DNA from: Pelomyxa schiedti
Lineage: Eukaryota > Protista > Evosea
Direction of reading: 5' to 3'
NCBI GenBank assembly: GCA_020536535.1
Contig: JAHLWZ010000663.1
Location: 1-64,000 of the forward strand
DNA length: 64,000 nucleotides
Each line of letters opens with the position of its first letter. Within the stretch, counting starts at the first letter, position 1. Below the pieces are notes generated by a model. It saw nothing but the letters and a program-made list of their open reading frames with translations. It made no database searches and was not told the origin of the DNA. A program made the position numbers and the translations under genes. Shown here in pieces: positions 63,179 to 64,000 of the stretch.

Positions 63179-64000
63179 ATGCAGGCTCCAGACTGGAGGA
63201 AATTCATTGTTGTGTCTGGTCCCGGTGGTGTGGGTAAAGTACGTAGTAAAAAAAAACAAGAGGACGTTGTGTAGAAAATTGGCCGCCAAAGGAAACCAGA
63301 ATGAGTTCGCACCCAAAATTGATGTAACGAGCAAAAGGGGTTAGTTGCTTCCTATTAATGAGAACTGCCCAAAACTTTTTTATGTAAACAAGGCAACCTC
63401 TATGAGCTGACCTTTAGAGGTTTCTTTACCCATTGGCCTTTTTGTTGGTTTTTCAGACTTTTATTTTTTAGATGTGGGTGCATATCAAGCATCCATGACG
63501 ATATGGAACAGATATGACCCATTCCACTCTGCAGCGATGTTTTTGCTGTGCTTTTCTGTCGATATTCCCGACTCCCTTAACCAAATTGTGAACGGGGTAC
63601 TACACCTTTTCCAAAAGCAAAATCATCGTAACAAAATCTATTCAGATATACTTTCCAGAGGCTCACGTAGTCAAGCCATCAGCACCAGTTATATTGCTGG
63701 GGCTGAGGTCTGATTTCTATGTTACAGGAACTCCAAGTGAAGGGAAGGCCAGAGGACCTATTCATCAACTCATTCTAAGAAGTGAAATTGAAGATGTAGG
63801 GAGTGTCTCGTATTGTACATCAGGAGCCAAATAAAATAACAAATATCAGGCTGGATCGAAAATGGGAGTGCATGCAATCATTCAAATTGGCAACACTACT
63901 GATGTCCAAGACCTGATAACTCTCATTTCCCACATATTTGACGAATATCCCCCAGCTGAAGAGCCACCCAGTTACCGACACACCATTCTACCTAAAATGT
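63179..64000 (+). CDS. degenerate Rho-family GTPase-like domain (partial; continues beyond window)
   Basis: KFIVVSGPGGVG, FLLCFSVDIPDSLNQI and YFPEAHVVKPSAPVILLGLRSD align by eye with Rho/Rac strands; the G1, G3 and G4 motifs look altered. Confidence 0.55.

Noticed and set aside
63179-63240. Guanylate kinase (SGPGGVGK P-loop)
   Set aside because: Downstream exons match Rho-family strands (FLLCFSV, PVILLG), not guanylate kinase.

Overview
This is eukaryotic nuclear DNA, not prokaryotic. It is gene-dense, and most genes are split by many short (about 35-110 nt) GT-AG introns, so the six-frame ORF track shows only exon fragments. I spliced genes by eye; outer coordinates are approximate where noted. 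Recognisable genes in order: PTPA (-), Moco-sulfurase-like PLP enzyme with N-terminal membrane anchor (+), GPR107-like (-), SAM synthetase (-), LRR-PP2C (-), TBC Rab-GAP (+), large polytopic PAS/adenylyl cyclase (+), aldehyde:ferredoxin oxidoreductase (-), CYB5D1 (+), NOG1 (-), LUC7 (+), actin-fold/PINK1-like kinase fusion (-), DTD2/ATD (-), zinc-knuckle ORF (-), PHF12-like (+), MYRF/MrfA-like (+), coactosin (+, broken by a gap and chimeric sequence), F-BAR protein (-), GRAM-Qbc-SNARE (-), kinesin (+), tRNA-Asn, tRNA-Cys, a prokaryote-type 4Fe-4S protein (+) and a degenerate Rho-like gene running off the end. Gene content (coactosin, MrfA-like, axonemal CYB5D1, anaerobic redox enzymes) and amplification-like chimeras suggest an anaerobic flagellated amoebozoan such as an archamoeba (e.g. 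Pelomyxa); this is inference only. The main highlights are an intron-rich, motif-intact member of the tungsten-dependent AOR family in a eukaryote, a second intron-containing prokaryote-type Fe-S protein, an actin-PINK1-like kinase fusion, and an 'Animalia-specific' tRNA deacylase outside animals.
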